From the NCBI GenBank assembly GCA_002269645.1, contig NIVC01003244.1, positions 97,219 through 161,218 on the forward strand: a DNA stretch of 64,000 bases, written 5' to 3'. The translations under genes and the position numbers were made by a program. This stretch comes from Macrostomum lignano. Its lineage: Eukaryota. Of the stretch, positions 1 through 11,800 are shown one piece after another. The notes beneath the pieces are model-generated. The model made no database searches, was not told where the DNA came from, and saw only the letters and a list, made by a program, of their open reading frames with translations. Each line of letters begins with the position of its first letter. Position 1 is the first letter of the stretch.

Positions 1-78
1 TGGGTTGTCACTCTTCTAGATGGGTTGTCACGATCCTAGATGGGTTGCCACTCCTCTAGATGGGTTGCCACTCCTACC
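1..78. repeat. 20-bp tandem repeat (TGGGTTG(T/C)CACTCYTCTAGA), about 4 copies, truncated by the window edge
   Basis: Units start at 1, 21, 41 and 61. Confidence 0.85.
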
Positions 79-167
79 GATGCACACAAATGCCACTTCT
101 CTAAATATGGTTCGCCAACCCCCAAGTCTATTAAACTGTTGCTGTTTTCATTTCCAATTAATCGAAA

Positions 168-1280
168 ATGGTCTGGGACGACAGGCTCATGGCCAGCGCC
201 AACAAATGGGTGCAGAAGTGCCGGGCTGGTCTCGAGTCAGCGGCGGACAGAAAGTTGCCCCCATTCGGCTGGGTCGGACAGAACTGGGCTGGCGGAAGAA
301 GTGACGACTTTACAAGGTAAATATGTTGTCGCATTGCGCTAAACCCTAATCCCTAAACCCTATCATACATATAAAGCCACGGGCCAAGCATCAAAGGGAG
401 AGTTAGGGTTATGCTATGGCTTAAAGGGATTTGGTATCAAAGTTAACATCGGCTGAATATCTTATAACTTAGATAGGCTATAGGTTTAGTAGCAGGGGCG
501 TCGCCACCGGGGGGGACAGGATCCCCCCAGAAACGTTATGGGTGGGGGACATATTCTAAGGCTTTGTCCCCTACCCCACTTTTGTTGACCTGGAAATCAA
601 TAATTTTGCTTCAGGGCGACAAAACAGCGCCTGCGGCGCTAAAATGATCGCTGACAATACCGATTCTGAAAATAATGTACATGTAGAATTTTAATAATGT
701 ACATGCACATGTAGAATTTTAGCTTTGTCCCCTTCAACATTAAATCCATAGCGACGCTCCTGGTTAGTAGGTTATAGGTTATAGGTTAGATAATATAGGT
801 TGGATTGCTGGCCTTCAGGGCTTTGCTTTGTAGTGTTAAAAAATTCCCTCGTAGCTTCTCTGTAACGTCAACAACGATTATAGTTATATAAAAAATAAGC
901 ATTCAATTCGATTTCAGCAACGTGCAGTTGTGGTTTGACGAGTACAAAGACTACAACTACAATAGTAAGAGCTGTAGAAAAGTGTGCGGTCATTACACTC
1001 AGATGGTATGGGACAAGACCACCTTAATTGGTTGCGGGGTGGCCAGGTGCGGCAAGTACCCCACCACATGGTGTGCAACTATGCCACAGGCGGCAACTTC
1101 AACAACCTGCAGCTCCCCTACTTGCAAGGTGCCGCCGGCAGCAAATGCAAAAGCGGCAGCAGGAGCGGTCTGTGCTTAGAAACATCCGTGAACAAAGATT
1201 ATCTTGTTAAAACAAATAAATTCGCTTGCTGGGTGAACTATAATAAAGATTTATGTCTGAAATATTTTCTATTACTGTAA
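168..1280 (+). CDS. CAP/SCP (CRISP/GLIPR/venom-allergen-like) protein, 3' exons, with a 1-nt frameshift
   Basis: Exon about 168-316 reads [18 protein letters not shown]...[10 protein letters not shown] and ends at AG|GTAAAT (phase 2). Acceptor TTTCAG|918 continues in phase: [15 protein letters not shown]...[22 protein letters not shown] (CAP signature). One extra C in the C-run at 1059-1062 joins this to [13 protein letters not shown]...PY, stop at 1278-1280. No AG acceptor is visible just before 168. The 5' exons are outside the window. Confidence 0.85.
493..762. mobile_element. hAT-type MITE (270 bp) in the CAP intron
   Basis: TIRs CAGGGGCGTCGC (493-504) and GCGACGCTCCTG (751-762), 11/12 match. 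Flanked by near-perfect 8-bp TSD TTTAGTAG (485-492) / GTTAGTAG (763-770). No coding capacity. Confidence 0.8.
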
Positions 1281-1931
1281 TTTAAAGTCACAATTATAAA
1301 TCGTTAGAAGGGTTTGCACAAGAATACACAAGGCCAATAAGATTTAAAATAGGCTAAATTGAAAACCTTTTTACGAGCTCGTCAATGTGTATATTTTTTA
1401 ATCAGTAAATTTTGTTAATGTAACAAACCGCATTTAAAAAATTCGGTTAAAAATCGTGAGTAGTTATAAACTTTTGTTATAAACAGGGATAAATTTTAGC
1501 GTCGCTCTTGAACATCAGACTAAGGTCGGAATATCTACAAAAGCAGATACAAAATATGGCAATAGTCAAAATTTGAATTTGAATTTGAATGCTGAATAAA
1601 TATTTTAAGCAACTTCTGACGCGTAACAATAGCTAAGCTATAGAAACCAAAAATAAAACGAAAATTAACGGAGTGAGCTAAAATTTGAACTAAGCATCGA
1701 TTGAACTATTCAATAAACTTAACTCTGATACAAATATACAAAGACTTATATAGTGAAAAAAACATGCTCGTAGTTAAAGCTAGCTGTTGCAGCTATGAAC
1801 AAAAATTAAAAAAATATAGATTAACAAATTCGGGAGTAAAGTTTCGAGTAAGTAGATATGAATATAAAAAATTGTCAATAAAAATCCTTTGGCAGAGTAA
1901 TTTTGAAATGTTTTGTTAATATATAGCAATC

Positions 1932-4900
1932 TTAATAAATCGGAGTTATTTTGCAACTTGTGGCTACGAAGAATAGCGCTACAATCAAAGCCGCTAATGA
2001 TGTAATGATGGCCCCGGCGCCGTCCGTAGGATTATTTCCACCAGTTTCGCCAGTCTGGACTGTAAGTTCGCGGCAGTCATCTCCTGAATAACCTCCGGTA
2101 CACTGGCAAGCTCCAGAGAGGCAGATTCCATTGCCCGAGCAGCCATTGGGACAGATCTCAGCCTCCAGGTCTTGGATGATGCTGCTGGCTTTGCTGTTTA
2201 GCACAATCGACACGTTGTAGCTGAGACTCCTGACGCATTCGCCAGCGAAAGAGTTGAACAGAGACTCGGTCAAGTTGAATGAATTTAGCTGGATAGCGTA
2301 TTGACTGCAAACAGTCTTGAATTTAGATATAAAATCCATAGATCCAATGATGCCGGTTGCCTTTGAACACTCGGTGACGATCTTGCCTCTTTTGTCTAAT
2401 ACGGATTGGACGTAGTCGTTGCAGTGCTGCGTCGCTTTCTCCGCTGTAACTGTATCGGTACTGCTGCTCTGAGCTGACTGTCTGGCTGCTCCTGCGATTA
2501 TTTGCGACAGGATGGGACCAAGAGGAGGAACTGACCGCTTTTTTCTTGAGTAGCGTATCAACGTTTTATTTTGTTTGATAACACACCTACCAGCCAGGTC
2601 TAACGGTTTGTATTCGTCACTGTCGTAGCAGGAGCAAAAATTTAGCGTCTGAACTGGCTTCAAAAGACTCTCTGGAACTGAATCTGGTACAAAGTTGTTT
2701 GAGAACATATCTCTAGTGCTTTCCAAGGCAATGGTGTCAGATACTGTCCACGATGCTGCATTAGGTTTGTACATGAGACCCTCCACTCTGCTAGGAGTAT
2801 CGTAGAACCCAGGGATTACCATGGTATCCAGTGCATCGAACCCAGCCGTTGTAGCACGTGAAGAAGAGCACCGCGTAGCATCAAATTCAAGCATTGATTT
2901 TCGACTCTGAATAAAGGTGTGTGCGCAGCCTCGAGATCCGGTGCGAAAGCCCCAGGTGTAAATTATTGTGCCATACAGGTCAAGCTTCAGCCGCACTCCA
3001 GTTTTGGCTTTTTCAATCGTTACTCCCCAGGGAACATCGTCATCAGTCAGCGGCAGTACACTAGTTGCTGCTGCTTTCCTTGTTGTATAAGCAAATGTAC
3101 CACCTACGCTGTACGTTTGAATTACGTAATTCTCGTATCTTAAAGCCAACTGAGTGACAAACGACGCGAATGAATTTCTCGAATTCTGGACGCACTCCTT
3201 CGCTTGTACTTCGTATGGCAGAGTACTGTGTCGCAGCAAAGACAGTACTCTGCATTGGTCGCCGGAAATGAAAGATCCATATGCTGAATCTAAGTTCGCC
3301 GGCTTGATATAGGGGTCATAATAAACGTGCAAATAGTCCTTGCGTTCGACCCGTATAGCGGACTCAGATCAATGGTTAGCTTGCGCGACTGAATTTTCAC
3401 CCATCGATTTCCAGTGTAAACTCCTTTTAATGCCATTGAAGAGTAACTGACATTCACTTCGATCTGAGAAGTCCACTGGGATTCGGTGAGACCGGCAACA
3501 ATCAAGCCATCGTCGTCCTCGTTCATCAGTGTCAGCGTTGTGCAAGCTCTTGTTGCACCGATAAACATGGGAGGAAACTCTACCGAACAAGGAGTTGCTG
3601 TCTCGTTTCCTATCGACGAGTTGACCTTAATAGTGATTTTGTCCTTCAAAATTAGAGCTTTTCGGCGCGTTGTAATTCGAAACTTAATGCCGCCCTCGTT
3701 TCCTACATTGGCTGTCGGCACTTTCGAAACATTAATGCATATTTGAATAGGCTTGGAAGGCGTTATCACGGACGTGGTTGCATTGGTGTCGGGATCAACC
3801 AGGTTGTATAGGAACTCAAATCTGTGCGGTACGGAGCTAAGCTCTTGGGAAATGTAATTCGAGGTTGCCGAGTTGCACTTCGCTTGCAGCACGCATTCCA
3901 GCGTTCCACCGTAGATGTTAGAATGCGGTCTAAGAAATTTGTCGTGCCTGCAGGACACTGTGGTTGTTTCATTTGAATTCGATGCAATGTTCAAATCGGC
4001 AGCCGTGCAGTCTGGGATATCGATTTTTGTACCATTGTGAAATGTCAGCCGGTAAGTTACTCTGTATCGAAGTCCCAGCGTGAAGTTGCTCGGAGCTTGA
4101 AATACGTTTTGAAACGAGCAGTTGAAGTAACTGTGGTAATTGTATTGGTTTAAATTGATTCTGACTTGTCGTAGAATCGGAGACGTAGCAGCTTTAGGTT
4201 TCAACGTCGGCAAGCAGGAAGTGGCATCGTGACACGGCTCGTAGCCGCTGCCATCTGCTGAAACGAACCCAGTTGCGCACACTTTCCTGTCTCCAATGCA
4301 GTAGTGATGCTCAGCGTAGCTTGTCGGTCTTAGGTAGTAAATTTTGTACGATCCACATTCCAGGATTTTCACCGGATAGTTGTCGCCACTGGAATCGTAA
4401 CAGTTGGGCCCGGACCTAACTATCTTAGATAGTTTAGCAGAATAAAGTTGCCTGTTGGCGTTCTGTTCTTGGACAATGTTTGTGACGATGAATGGCGCGG
4501 AGCTTCCACAGGTGCTTGTTGTGTCAGGACACCTGCTTGTCAGTGCATTCCCGACCGGAGAGTTAATCCTATACCATCCGGTTGAAATTTTGGAGAAGTC
4601 AAAGCAAGTATCCGTTTCTGTGCAGGACTGAGTTCTCGCTGGTCCATGAGAGCCCGTTGAATCGGCTATCTCCGGGATGCTGGGATCCGAGCACGGATCG
4701 TTGTCAATGTAGGATGACTCACAACTCTCTCCATAGAACTCAGTGGTGCAGAAGCATCTGAAAGTGCTATAATCGAATGTACCTCCATTTTGGCAACTGT
4801 TAACGGCAAGATTTCCAGATGTTTGGATTAGAACCAACAGGAACCTGTAAGAAAGTTTGATCCCGATGCGCCATATTCAGCTCACAAATCAAAAATTACA

Positions 4901-5477
4901 TGTAGGAACTGTTCTCCCTGGAAAACTGCATGTACTCAATGGGGAACTGTCCACAATGGGGCCTGTACTCAATGAGGAACTGTACTCAATGGGGAACTGT
5001 ACCCAATGGGGAACTGTACTCAATGGGGAACTGTACTCAATGGGGAACTGTACCCAATGGGGAACTGTACTCAATGGGGAACTGTACTCAATGGGGAACT
5101 GTACTCAATGGGGAACTGTACTCAATGGGGAACTGTACTCAATGGGGAACTGTACTCAACGGGGAACTGTGCTCAATGGGGAACTGTACTCAACGGGGAA
5201 CTGTGCTCAATGGGGAACTGTACTCAATGGGAAACTGTACTCAATGGGGAACTGTACTCAACGGGGAACTGTACTCAATGCGGAACTGTACTCAATGGGA
5301 AACTGTACTCAATGGGAAACTGTACTCAATGGGGAACTGTACTCAACGGGGAACTGTACTTAATGGGGAACTGTACTCAATGGGAAACTGTACTCAATGG
5401 GGAACTGTTCTCAATGGAGAACTGTACTGCCTGTAGGCTCAAAGAATGTAATAATATGCTTACCAAACCAGCACCAT
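1932..5477 (-). CDS. VWDE-like surface protein: signal peptide, EGF, UMOD/GP2/OIT3-like D8C, VWD, furin site, EGF, C-terminal TM/GPI signal; 1-nt frameshift near 3330
   Basis: Exon 5477-5464 (ATG GTG CTG GTT TG|GTAAGC) splices in phase to TTACAG|4844, giving MVLVWFLLVLIQTSGNLAVNS. Then EGF (CQNGGTFDYSTFRCFC...GESC), D8C-like GWYRIN...CGSSAP, VWD-like C..YDPYI...D, RKKR, EGF CPNGCSGNGICLSGACQC and a hydrophobic tail. ORFs 3290-4837 and 1932-3332 overlap in different frames. Confidence 0.8.
4931..5427. repeat. 17-bp minisatellite (TGTACTCAATGGGGAAC)n in intron 1 of the VWDE-like gene
   Basis: Direct periodicity; it produces the repetitive ORFs 4857-5548. Confidence 0.95.
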
Positions 5478-5729
5478 CTTTGCTCTTCTTATTCTTCTTT
5501 AACCTGATATTGAGAAGGCGTGATTTTGGGATTATTATCAGTAGATAAACGAGAAAATTACATTTTTCTATATAAAAGTCAAGTGTGTTGGACTTCAGTG
5601 GATTTTTATATTTTTTGTCTGCTTCTAAAAGACGCTCTAAAAGGAAGCTGGCCATCCGAGCAAGATGGCTTGGCTCGTGTACGAGTAAAGCGCCAATTTC
5701 GCGATGCAATCTCCGAGGTGTAATTAGGC

Positions 5730-6140
5730 AGCACTATTCTGAGGCACCGTCATCGGGGGCGCTGTCCTCAAGGGCGGTGTCCTCGGGGGGGGGGCACTGT
5801 CCTGGGCGGTACTATCCTGGAGCCACAGTTCCTGGGGGGAGCCACTGTCTTTAGAAATACTACAGTATTTTGGGGGGGGGAACTATTCTGAGGGCACTGT
5901 CTTCGGGGGGCCACTGTCCTCGGGGGGCACTGTCTTCGGGGGGCACTGTCTTTGGAGACACTATCCTGGGGGGCACTATTCTGGGGACTACTGTCCTCTG
6001 GGGGGGCACTGTCCTCGGGGGCACTGTCCTCGGGGTGTCCTTGGGGGCACTGTCCTCAAGTGGGGCACTGTTTCTGGAGACACTAAAGAGGGCAATGTCC
6101 TCGTGTTCACGAGTGGGGCACACTATACTGGGGGAGGGCA
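5730..6140. repeat. Degenerate G-rich ~15-bp repeat (GGGGGCACTGTCCTC-like)
   Basis: Recurrent GGGCACTRTYCT motifs with G-runs. Confidence 0.75.
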
Positions 6141-6524
6141 CTATCAATGGATAGGGGGATTGTTACACTTAGGCCCTATAATGATGAATAATATGCTTGA
6201 TCCCTGTAATTGCTCATCTGAACAGAAATAAAACTCACGAAGTCCGATGTCTCAAAGGTAAAAGCGCAGCTTCTTTCTCAGCAGTTTTACACACATTTTT
6301 CTGCCGCCTCGTCTTGCATTTATACCCATTCTGCATGCGGATGCTACGGAATCGAAAAAATGACGAAGTTCTAAGAATAGATTTTTTTATTCATATTTAA
6401 AGGACGAAGATAGTTTTTTTGGTTATAATAGAGTAGCATCACAGATAAGAAATAAATAAAACTCAAGAGGACAGACATCCTTCAGCCTCTGCTCTATGCT
6501 CTGTCTGCAGTCTCTGTCTGCTTC

Positions 6525-6770
6525 TTAAAATTGTTCTCTTAGATCCGTGTTTCCATAGCCTGGTCGTAGTACGCTATTATTAGAGAATAAGAAAAGAGAG
6601 TTGAGACTGAGACAAGTCTCGATTGTAGCGGGCCACTGCGACGTGTTTAAAGTTCGTCTCGCCGGTGCTACAATTGCGAGGGCCGGCTCCAAAAAGTAAT
6701 TATACTCATGAAGACTGAGAACTCTGTCAATACGAACTTAGCTTTCGGGTTATAGTAGAATGTTACTGTT
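6525..6770 (+). repeat. Dispersed ~240-bp repeat, copy A (homologous to 14113-14390 plus 15157-15195)
   Basis: Shared blocks TTCTTAAAATT, ATCCGTGTTTC, AAAGAGAGTTGAGACTGAGRCAAGTCTC, GTGTTTAAAGTTCGTC, AATTATACTCATGA, GAACTTAGCT and TGTTACTGTTC in the same order. Confidence 0.7.
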
Positions 6771-7334
6771 CAAGAATAATGTAGTGATCCGCTAGTTTGG
6801 TGTTAGGCGCCCCCCTTTGTCAGCAGTTTCCCTCGCCCTCGCCCTCGCTCGCACGGGCATATTAAGCATGCCAGTGAAGTATGAGACAGACCAGGCCTAT
6901 GGGCTAAGGTCTGCGATGCTCCACGCCTGCCCCTATCTTCAGCAGGTAAAGGCTGGAGGGAGGTCTGCACCCTCTATTTGCCGCTGGCAGCCGCAGACCC
7001 CCCCCACGCTGTCTCGCAAGCCGACCCAGGGTACTCGTCCCCGCGTGTGTTCAAGGCAGACCCTAGGGCTGCCGGACAGACTGGGCTCCGGCGCTGGGGA
7101 CCCATCCAGTGGCTTTGCCGAACTTGTGTATGCGGGTCTGGCTCGCCAGTCCGCAGGCCGTGGTACTGCTCAACGCACCCTCTAATACCTAAGGTGTTCG
7201 ACCGTGCCGATGGCCGGGGAGTAGTCCGGTCGCAAGCGGTCCCTCTCCTGGTGTCGGGCCGGCCTACTGCCCGGTCAGGTGGAGCGGCCGGGTGGGTACC
7301 GCGCCCCTTCGAGGGTAGCCCACCAATCTTTATC

Positions 7335-8838
7335 ATGGCCTTCAAGCCGACTATGGATAATCAAGCTAATTCTAGGGACGGGGACCCTTCTAAACCCCAA
7401 CCTCAGTCCGAAGGACCGGCCGGCCCTGCTGGCAGATCCCAACCGACTGATTCAACTGTGGCAAAGGAAGGACCGGCTGGCCTTCCAACCAGATCCAACC
7501 AGAGCTACCAAAACCAAAACACCCAAAGACCTGCCAGCTCTGCTGGTAGATCAAAGGGAACCGCGGGCTCTGAGCCTAAAGGACCGGCCAAATCTGGCAG
7601 ATCCGACGAAGCTCAGCGGGCTCGGCTCGAGCGCAAACGCGCTAAGCGACGCGCCAAAAGGCAGGCCAAGAAGGGAGCTGCGGGGACCAAAGCGGCGGCG
7701 TCCACCACGGACGCTGAAGCGACTGGCGTCCCAAGGCAACTAGACGGGCCGGCCGGTGGAAGCTCCGGTAGTTCGGCGGCGGCGCTCCCTGGAGATGCTG
7801 CTGCGGCTGCTGAGGCCGAAACCACGGCGCAACAAATGGCCACTGCCAACAAGGAGGTTTCTTCGGGAACTACCTTTGCGGCGAAGGCCAAGGCCAAAAT
7901 CCCGGGAGTGATCATTCAAGGTCGCGACCAGGACTAGACCACTGATCAGCTTCAAAAAGTGTGTGGTGCTATTGACTCCTATCTGATTGAGCTGACTGTC
8001 GAGGAGGGAATCTCCATCGGCATTGAGCGGATGGTGCTGCGAAGCACATTCGTTCTTACCGCTCCTAGCAGTGATGAGGACGCTCAGCAGCTGCTCCAGC
8101 GGCTGCCAACGGTCTCCTTGGATGTTGACCACGGCGGAGCCCTTTTTCTTCGCAAAGGCCAGCGTCCAAAGACAATACCCTATGTGGTTTTTGTCCCTGC
8201 AAAAAGCACCGCAGCTGGACCAGACGTTTTTCGCCGGGTCCTACTGCGCCTGAATCCCGACCTCTCTGCTAGTGGACTGGTGTATCATCGTAATGTCCGC
8301 AGGGGGGAAACGGGCAAATTAATCGTCCTCGGCCTTTCCAACGCTTGGGCGAGTCGGTACCCTAACGGATCCTCTTTCCAGCTGGGTGCCCTCAAGCTCA
8401 AGATGCGCCGAGGAAAGTCTGCCAAAGGGAAAGCTTCTGCCAACCCCGGCATCTCCGGCAAGAGCGGGGTGCAGTCTAAGGCCCAAGGAAAGGCGCAAGC
8501 CGATCCCAAAGCCGGAGCTGCGTCTCGCCCCTCTGCTAGCAGCAGTTCGACGACCGCGGTGACGGCTCCGGCCAAGCCCCGGGAACCGAACCTGCCAGCC
8601 GGAGAAGGAGTTGAGGACGAGGCCGGGTCTTCGGAATCCGAGCTCTCCTCAGCCACCCTGGTGGGGTCTGAAGGCAAAGATGAGATGAGGAAGCTTCCTC
8701 CATCCTGTCATCGGAGCCCGAGGACTCTGCTGGGGGGCTGGTGGGGGTCAGGATGCCATGGACATCGACCAACTCCCATCTCCCAGTCAAGCCCCAACGG
8801 CCTGGGACGAGGACGATTTGCTGTCCAAGTCTCCTTGA
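7335..8838 (+). pseudogene. LINE copy 1 ORF1 (DUF4780-like), with internal stop and frameshift
   Basis: ATG at 7335. In-frame TAG at 7935-7937 sits where copy 2 has Leu (VIIQGRDQD*TTDQL vs [15 protein letters not shown]). Core RPKTIPYVVFVP...LLRLNPDLSASGLVYH aligns with copy 2. Ends DEDDLLSKSP* at 8836-8838. Confidence 0.75.
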
Positions 8839-11800
8839 TGGCCTGGGGTTCTAGCCAGCTGACTAAGCTCCACGCTGCCAAAGGAGCGACACTCTGTCTG
8901 CAAATAAATTTAAAGCATTGCGTCAGTCATTCTGATGAAGATTTCTGAGGTGTAAAGGCCAGGCCTCATTCTGATCCAGGAGCCCTGGATGCGCAACGGT
9001 AAGTTGCCCAACATTCCTTCTGGCTACTCTGATTTTTATGTGTGTGGCCCGGGGAACAGCCGCCCTAGAGCGGCTATCCTCGCTGCCAGCCATCTCCAGG
9101 CTTGGCTGAGAACTGATCTCTCAGATGAAGACCTCTGCGTCATCCAATCTAATCATCTCTCTCCGCGGACGTGTCTCGTTGCTTCGATTATTTCAGGCGA
9201 CAGAGACCCTGCACCTGAAAGTCTACTGCGCCTTGCGCAGTACTGCGAGTCCCAGAACGCTGAGCTGTGCTTAGGGGGGCGACCTCAACGCGCACCACAA
9301 GCACTGGGGCAGCAAAGACACCAATACTAGAGGGGAGGAGCTTCTGGCCCTTATCTCTAACACAAACCTCATGCTCTGCAACCGCGGTAGCACTCCTACC
9401 TTTAACAATGGCAGATGGACTGAGGTCCTCGATGCCACACTCGCTACCCCAAGACGCTTTGACAGAGTTGAGAAGTGAAGTCTGGTCTAAGGAGCCCTCC
9501 CTCCTCCCTGTCTGACTACTACTTTATCGCCTTTAAAATCGTGGACACTAAACTCCAGTCCTCGATCACTTGGATGCGTAACATCCGCAACACTGATTGG
9601 GCAGCCTATAAGGCTACCCTTGATCTGCACCTGCAGGAACTCACGGACTTACGTCCGATTGAGACCTGCGAGGATGTGGACTATGTGGCTGAGACGCTGA
9701 CAGGTTGCATTATTGCAGCCTATGAAGCGGCCTGCCCTGTCCGTGCCTACAAAGCCCTCTCCGTGCCTCGGCGCCGTGGTGGAACCCGGAGCTGGGGAAA
9801 CTCAGACGGAAGGCCAAAAGCCTTCACCGGCGTACCATGAAGACCGGAAACCAGGAGGACATGGAACTTTTCCGACAAGCCTCCCACAACTTCAAATCTA
9901 AGTGCGCAAGGCCAAGGAATGTAAATGGCGCCAATTCTGCAATGAGTTGGATTAAGACAGACCTACTTCTAGGCTTGTCAAGGCCCTTACAATGGACAAA
10001 ATATCCAAATTAGCCATGATCGGAAGAGAAGACCCTGAAGAAGTGATTCAGCATATGCTCAGCACATTCTTCCCGAGGGTACCCACTGCTAGATCGGAAC
10101 CCAACCATTCGATGGATGGAGCCACCCTAGCGGCGGGCATTATCTCTGAAGACTTAATCGCTCGTGCGGTCAGAACCTTCAAGCCCTTCAAATCTCCTGG
10201 ACCTGATGGTATCTACCCTGTTCTTCTTCGTGAAGCAGCCAAGATACCCTCGTTCTTGAGACTTACCCGCAATCTCACGTGGGCCTCTATCCAGATGGGA
10301 TACGTTCCCAAGTGCTGGACCGAAGCTCGGGTAGTCTTCATTCCCAAACCTGGGAAGGTGACTACCAGAGCGTCAAGGCCTTTAGGCCAATTAGCTTAAC
10401 GTCAGCAATACTTAAGCTCACTGAGAGGCTTATTCTCTGGCGGCTGCTTTCATGCGAGCTGACAGCAATGCACCTCAGCAATCACCAGCACGCCTTCCGT
10501 ACCGGGAGGTCGACTGACAGCGCCCTGCATGCGATAGTCGAGAACATTGAACGGGCGGTAATGGATGACGGTTACGCCCTGGCTCTTTTTTTCGAAATTT
10601 TTGGCGCCTTCGACAACGTTATCTTTGAAGGGTTTCAAGGGCCCTTAAAAACCGCAAAGCTCACGCTACCCCCATACGGTGGATCATGTACATGATCTCT
10701 AACCTTACGGTCACTGCCCAACTTCTTTGGCAAACTGCCTCCGCCAGAGTTTGTAAGGGCGGACCCCAAGGTGAAGTCCTCACCCCGACGCTCTGGAACC
10801 TGGTCATGGACGCTCTTCTGGGCGACTCCCGACCTGATCCCGTCTTCAAAGTCGGGTATGCTGACGACGTCACTGCCATTGTGGCAGAGCCGTCCCCAGC
10901 ACGCTCAGGGATCTGATGCAGAGCTTTATCCGCAAAGCAGAATCCTGGGCCAATGACAACGGTCTGGAACTCTCTGAGCCCAAAACTGTTGCCATTATGT
11001 TCACCAGCAGAATACGCTGGAACATACGACCTCTGCAGTTATACGGCAGAGATATTGCCTTCGCGCACCAGACCAGATGTCTCGGGGTCATACTTGACCA
11101 CCGGCTCAACTGGTCCTTCCACGTGAAAGCAAAAGCCAAGCATGCCTCAGTCATCCTGGCCCAGCTCCGACGAGCACTTGGCACTTCTTGGGGTCTTTCT
11201 CCAAAGCGGCTTTGGTGGATCTACACTTCCGACCTGCCATTACGTACCTGCCTCGGTTGTCTGGGTTGCGCTACCCAGGTCAAAAGCCATGCAGATTTGC
11301 TCAACACGATCCAGGACAGAGCGTGTAGGCTTATCTGCAACGCCACCAGGTCCACGCCCTTTGCCGGCATGGGGGCCTTCCTTAATCTACCGCCTCTTGA
11401 CCTCTTCTCAGGGGTGAGGCGGCTAGAACGACGCGGCGTCTTAATTGATGCCGGTCAAATTCCTTTACATGAGAGCACCTGCTAAGCGGAACCTTGTCCC
11501 GCATAGCGATCTGTGCCTCAACTTCTCAACGAGTGTCAGGCCAATCGCGTCTTCACCGATGCATTGCCTCAACAACGCTCAACCTGAGACAACGCTACTC
11601 CGTAGCTTTCGACTCGCGCGATACCATCAATGACCACTGGAACCATGGGGAGCTTCACTGCTACACCGATGGTTCTAAGAAGTCAGCCAAAACCGGTTTT
11701 GGTGTTGGAATCTTCCTGAACGGGAGGGTCATCGCAACCCACGCTCAGTACACTGGGGTCAACTCCAGTGTCTTCCAAAGTGAAGTTCTCGCCATCAGCT

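Noticed and set aside
340-360. Telomere-like CCCTAA motifs
   Set aside because: There are only two or three imperfect units (AAACCCTAATCCCTAAACCCTA), not an array.
6875-6925. SECIS-like ATGA...GA kink stem
   Set aside because: It is in a 5' UTR, the helix is too short and the apical AA is missing.
6851-7130. HDV-like ribozyme in the LINE 5' UTR (L3-like TYCACGC and TCCCCGC; P4-like hairpin followed by CAGA)
   Set aside because: I could not build P1 and P3 with correct pairing and a G-U cleavage-site pair in either copy. Only partial motifs are present, so an RNArobo/Infernal search and cleavage assay are needed.
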